Source of the DNA: Eledone cirrhosa
Lineage: Eukaryota
Length of the DNA: 64,000 bases
Direction: 5' to 3'
NCBI GenBank assembly: GCA_964016885.1
Contig: OZ024751.1
Span: 13,578,001-13,642,000 of the forward strand
The position numbers were made by a program, and so were the translations under genes. The notes under the pieces were generated by a model, which made no database searches, was not told the DNA's origin, and saw nothing but the letters and a program-made list of their open reading frames with translations. Below are positions 59,540 through 64,000 of this stretch, piece after piece (position 1 is the first letter of the stretch; each line of letters begins with the position of its first letter).

Positions 59540-60750
59540 AGTTTCTCTTTAATAGCCTCTGTTATCTTGTAATGCTATTAACGGAGTTGGTGGAGCGAGG
59601 TTCTGTACTGCAAATCGTGAGTATGCAGAGGTTGGGGTGTAATAAAAGACACACACACCGCATACACACGTGTGTGTTTATATATATATACATACATGAA
59701 TTTGTGTATATATTCATTTACATGTGTGTATATATTCATGTATGTGTGTGTATATATATATTCATGTATGTGTGTGTATATATATATTCATGTGGTGTGT
59801 GTATATATATATTCATGTATGTGTGTGTATATATATATTCATGTATGTGTGTGTATATATATATTCATGTATGTGTGTGTATATATATATATTCATGTGG
59901 TGTGTGTGTATATATATATTCATGTATATGAGTATATATATATTCATGTATATGTGTATATATATATTCATGTATATGTGTATATATATATTCATGTATA
60001 TGTGTATATATATATTCATGTATGTGTGTATATATATATTCATGTACATGTGTGTATATATATATTCATGTACATGTGTGTATATATATATTCATGTATA
60101 TGTGTATATATATATTCATGTATATGAGTATATATATATATTCATGTATATGTGTATATATATATATTCATGTATATGTGTATATATATATTCATGTATA
60201 TATATATATTCATGTATATATATATATATATATATATATATTCATGCATATGTGTATGTAAATATATATATATATATTCATGTATATCTGTATATATATA
60301 TTCATGTATATGTGTATGTATATATATATATATATTCATGCATATGTGTATGTAAATATGTATATATATATATATATCTATATATTCATTAAAAGACACA
60401 CACACACACACACATACATACATAGACGTATATATATATCATGTATATGAGTATAAAGACACACACACCGCATATACACGTGTGTTTATATATATATACA
60501 TACATGAATATGTGTATATATTCATGTACATGTGTGTATATATATATTCATATATGTGTGTGTATATATATATTCATGTATGTGTGTGTATATATATATT
60601 CATGTATGTGTGTGTATATATATATTCATGTATATGAGTATATATATATTCATGTATATGAGTATATATATATTCATGTATATGTGTATATATATATATA
60701 TATTCATGCATATGTGTATGTAAATATGTATATGTATATATTCATTAAAA

Positions 60751-60790
<40 letters not shown>

Positions 60791-61007
60791 TATATATATC
60801 ATGTATATGAGTATATATTCATATGTATGTACATGTGTGTATATGTGTACATGCGCATATGTATGTATCTGTGTGTACATATGTATGTACATGTGCATGC
60901 ATTTATGCATACATATATACATACACACATGAATGCATGCATGTGTGTGTGTACGCGCGCGTATGTATATATGTGTGTGTGTGTGTGTGTGTGCGTGCGT
61001 GCGTGCG

Positions 61008-61041
<34 letters not shown>

Positions 61042-61075
61042 CGTGTGCGTGTGCGTGTGCGTGTGCGTGTGTGTG
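58908..61075. repeat. (GT)n-CAGT and TATTCATGTATATGTG(TA)n arrays, with an internal duplication (about 59645 vs about 60455)
   Basis: aaagacacacacaccgcatacacacgtgtg recurs at both positions. Confidence 0.85.
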
Positions 61076-62191
61076 GCGGGGTTGTGTGTAAAAGCGAAAC
61101 ACATTTAATTATGAAATAAACCTAGTTACCCCCACATAAATCAGATTTCTTCAAATCATGTTTCTATTTTAATCACAATAGCCAGGGTTATTTTAGTTCT
61201 TTTTATTGTACGTCTGTGTGAGGGGTGGCGAGGAGGGGGCGGGGGCGGTTATTATGTAATTCAGTTTTTTTTCTGGTGACGGGGGGTGGGGGGATACTGG
61301 ACTTGGTTGTGGGTTGGATTATTCCCCTTTTTGTGGTGTTGTGGGGGTGATAAGGGAGAGGGGACTATATATTATACTTTATCATCTATACTTAAACATA
61401 TATTACCTTGTTTCTGTTTTCACCCCCACCACACCATGTCTCCGACCACCCCCTGTATTTTCTATTGCACACGTATACATGCATGCAGCCATACACACAT
61501 TCACACGTATACATGCATGCATTCATACGCACATTCACATGTATACATGCATGCAGTCACACACATTCACACACGTATACATGCATGCATTCATACACAC
61601 ATCCACACACATACATACACACATTCACACGTATACATGCATGCAGTCACACACATTCACACACGTATACATGTATGTAGTCATACAGACATTCACACAC
61701 GTATACATGTATGCATTCACACACACATTCACACACGTATATATGTCTGCATGCATGCACATTCACACACGTATACATGCATGTATACACACATTCACAC
61801 ACGTATACATGCATGCATTCACACACACATTCACACACGTATATATGTCTGCATGCATGCACATTCACACACGTATACATGCATGTATACACACATTCAC
61901 ACACGTTTACATGCATGCATGCATTTATACACACATTCATACGTTCAGACGCATGCACACACATCTATAGACACATAGAACATAGGCATATATTCACACA
62001 ACCATATATACACAATCACACATACACACATATATACTCGTTCACACATATACACACATGGGTATTTAGTTGATCGAACAACTGAATGCTCTTCGTCGAA
62101 AACCGACGGAGGATCAATCATATATATTTATATATATGCGCGCGTGTGTGTGTGTATAAACATATGTATATATATATATAAATATATATGC

Positions 62192-62227
<36 letters not shown>

Positions 62228-62377
62228 GCATGCATTCATGTGTGTATGTATATATGTATGCATAAATGCATGCACATGTACATACATATGTACACACAGA
62301 TACATACATATGCGCATGTACACATATACACACATGTACATACATATGAATATATACTCATATACATGATATATATA

Positions 62378-62413
<36 letters not shown>

Positions 62414-62459
62414 TTTTAATGAATATATACATATACATATTTACATACACATATGCATG

Positions 62460-63497
62460 AATATATATATATATATGCATATATATTTATATATATATAT
62501 GCATATATATATATGCATATATATTTATATATATATGCATATATATATGCATATATATATGCATATATATATGCATATATATATAAATATATATGCATAT
62601 ATATATATGCATATATATATATAAATATATATGCATATATATATATGCATATATATATATAAATAAATATATATGCATATATATATATGCATATATATGC
62701 ATATATATATATGCATATATATATATAAATATATATGCATATATATATATGCATATATATATATAAATATATATGCATATATATATATGCATATATATAT
62801 ATAAATATATATGCATATATATATGCATATATATATATAAATATATATGCATATATATATATGCATATATATGCATATATATATATGCATATATATATAT
62901 ATATATATATGCATATATATATATATATAAATATATATATGCATATATATATATGCATAAATATATATATATATATATATATATGCATATATATATATGC
63001 ATATATATATATATATATATGCATATATATATATGCATATATATATATACATATATATGCATATATATATATACATATATATATATATATGCATATATAT
63101 ATATGCATATATATATATATATATGCATATATATATATATGCATATATATATATATATATATGCATATATATATATATGCATATATATATATATATATAT
63201 ATGCATATATATATATGCATATATATATATATATATATATGCATATATATATATATGCATATATATATATATATATATATGCATATATATATATATGCAT
63301 ATATATATATATATATATGCATATATATATATATGCATATATATATATATATATATGCATATATATATATATATGCATATATATATATATAAATATATAT
63401 GCATATATATGCATATATATATATATATATATATATGTGCATATATATGCATATATATATATGCATATATATATATGCATATATATATATATATATA

Positions 63498-63531
<34 letters not shown>

Positions 63532-63577
63532 TATATATATATATATATATATGCATATATATATATATATATATATA

Positions 63578-63615
<38 letters not shown>

Positions 63616-63673
63616 TATATATATATATATATGCATATATATATATATATATGCATATATATATATATATATA

Positions 63674-63710
<37 letters not shown>
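62460..63710. repeat. (TA)n-TGCA compound microsatellite
   Basis: Seen directly. Confidence 0.95.
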
Positions 63711-63712
<2 letters not shown>

Positions 63713-63877
63713 CGTTTTTTCGGCTGTGCGAATGATTTTAAGCATTGTCTCTATGTGTTGGTAATTAAACGTTAGTTATAGCTCTGGTTTATCCAAACTA
63801 TTGAGTCCTTTTCCACGCATTTCGAAGATTGTGTTTCGTATTTCGTGGGCCGAGATTCCGATTCTCGATAATTTATT

Positions 63878-63937
<60 letters not shown>

Positions 63938-64000
63938 TATATATAAATATATATGCATATAAATATATATGCATATATATATATATATAAATATATATGC

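Overview
This is an AT-rich, repeat-saturated eukaryotic window, most likely intronic. The SINE types and the extreme (TA)n/(CA)n load suggest an octopus or other coleoid cephalopod (inference). Nearly all long ORFs in the track are microsatellite artefacts. Real content: (1) a stop-free 2.3-kb APE+RT LINE fragment (9347-11639, minus) cut off at both ends by (TA)n arrays; (2) about 35 copies or fragments of one tRNA-derived SINE, plus a second SINE type; (3) Tigger/pogo, hAT, Tc1-type and RTE remnants; (4) several minisatellites (27, 71, 93, 36 bp), some grown out of SINE parts; (5) about ten short non-coding cassettes from several unrelated sequence families. These carry minimal type I hammerhead-ribozyme cores, are often folded back into palindromes, share a TGAGT(A/G)C tail motif and sit in (TA)n tracts, consistent with Penelope-like non-autonomous elements or retrozymes; (6) a tentative phase-consistent chain of small + strand exons of an unrecognised host gene. 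Repeat boundaries are approximate and were read by eye.
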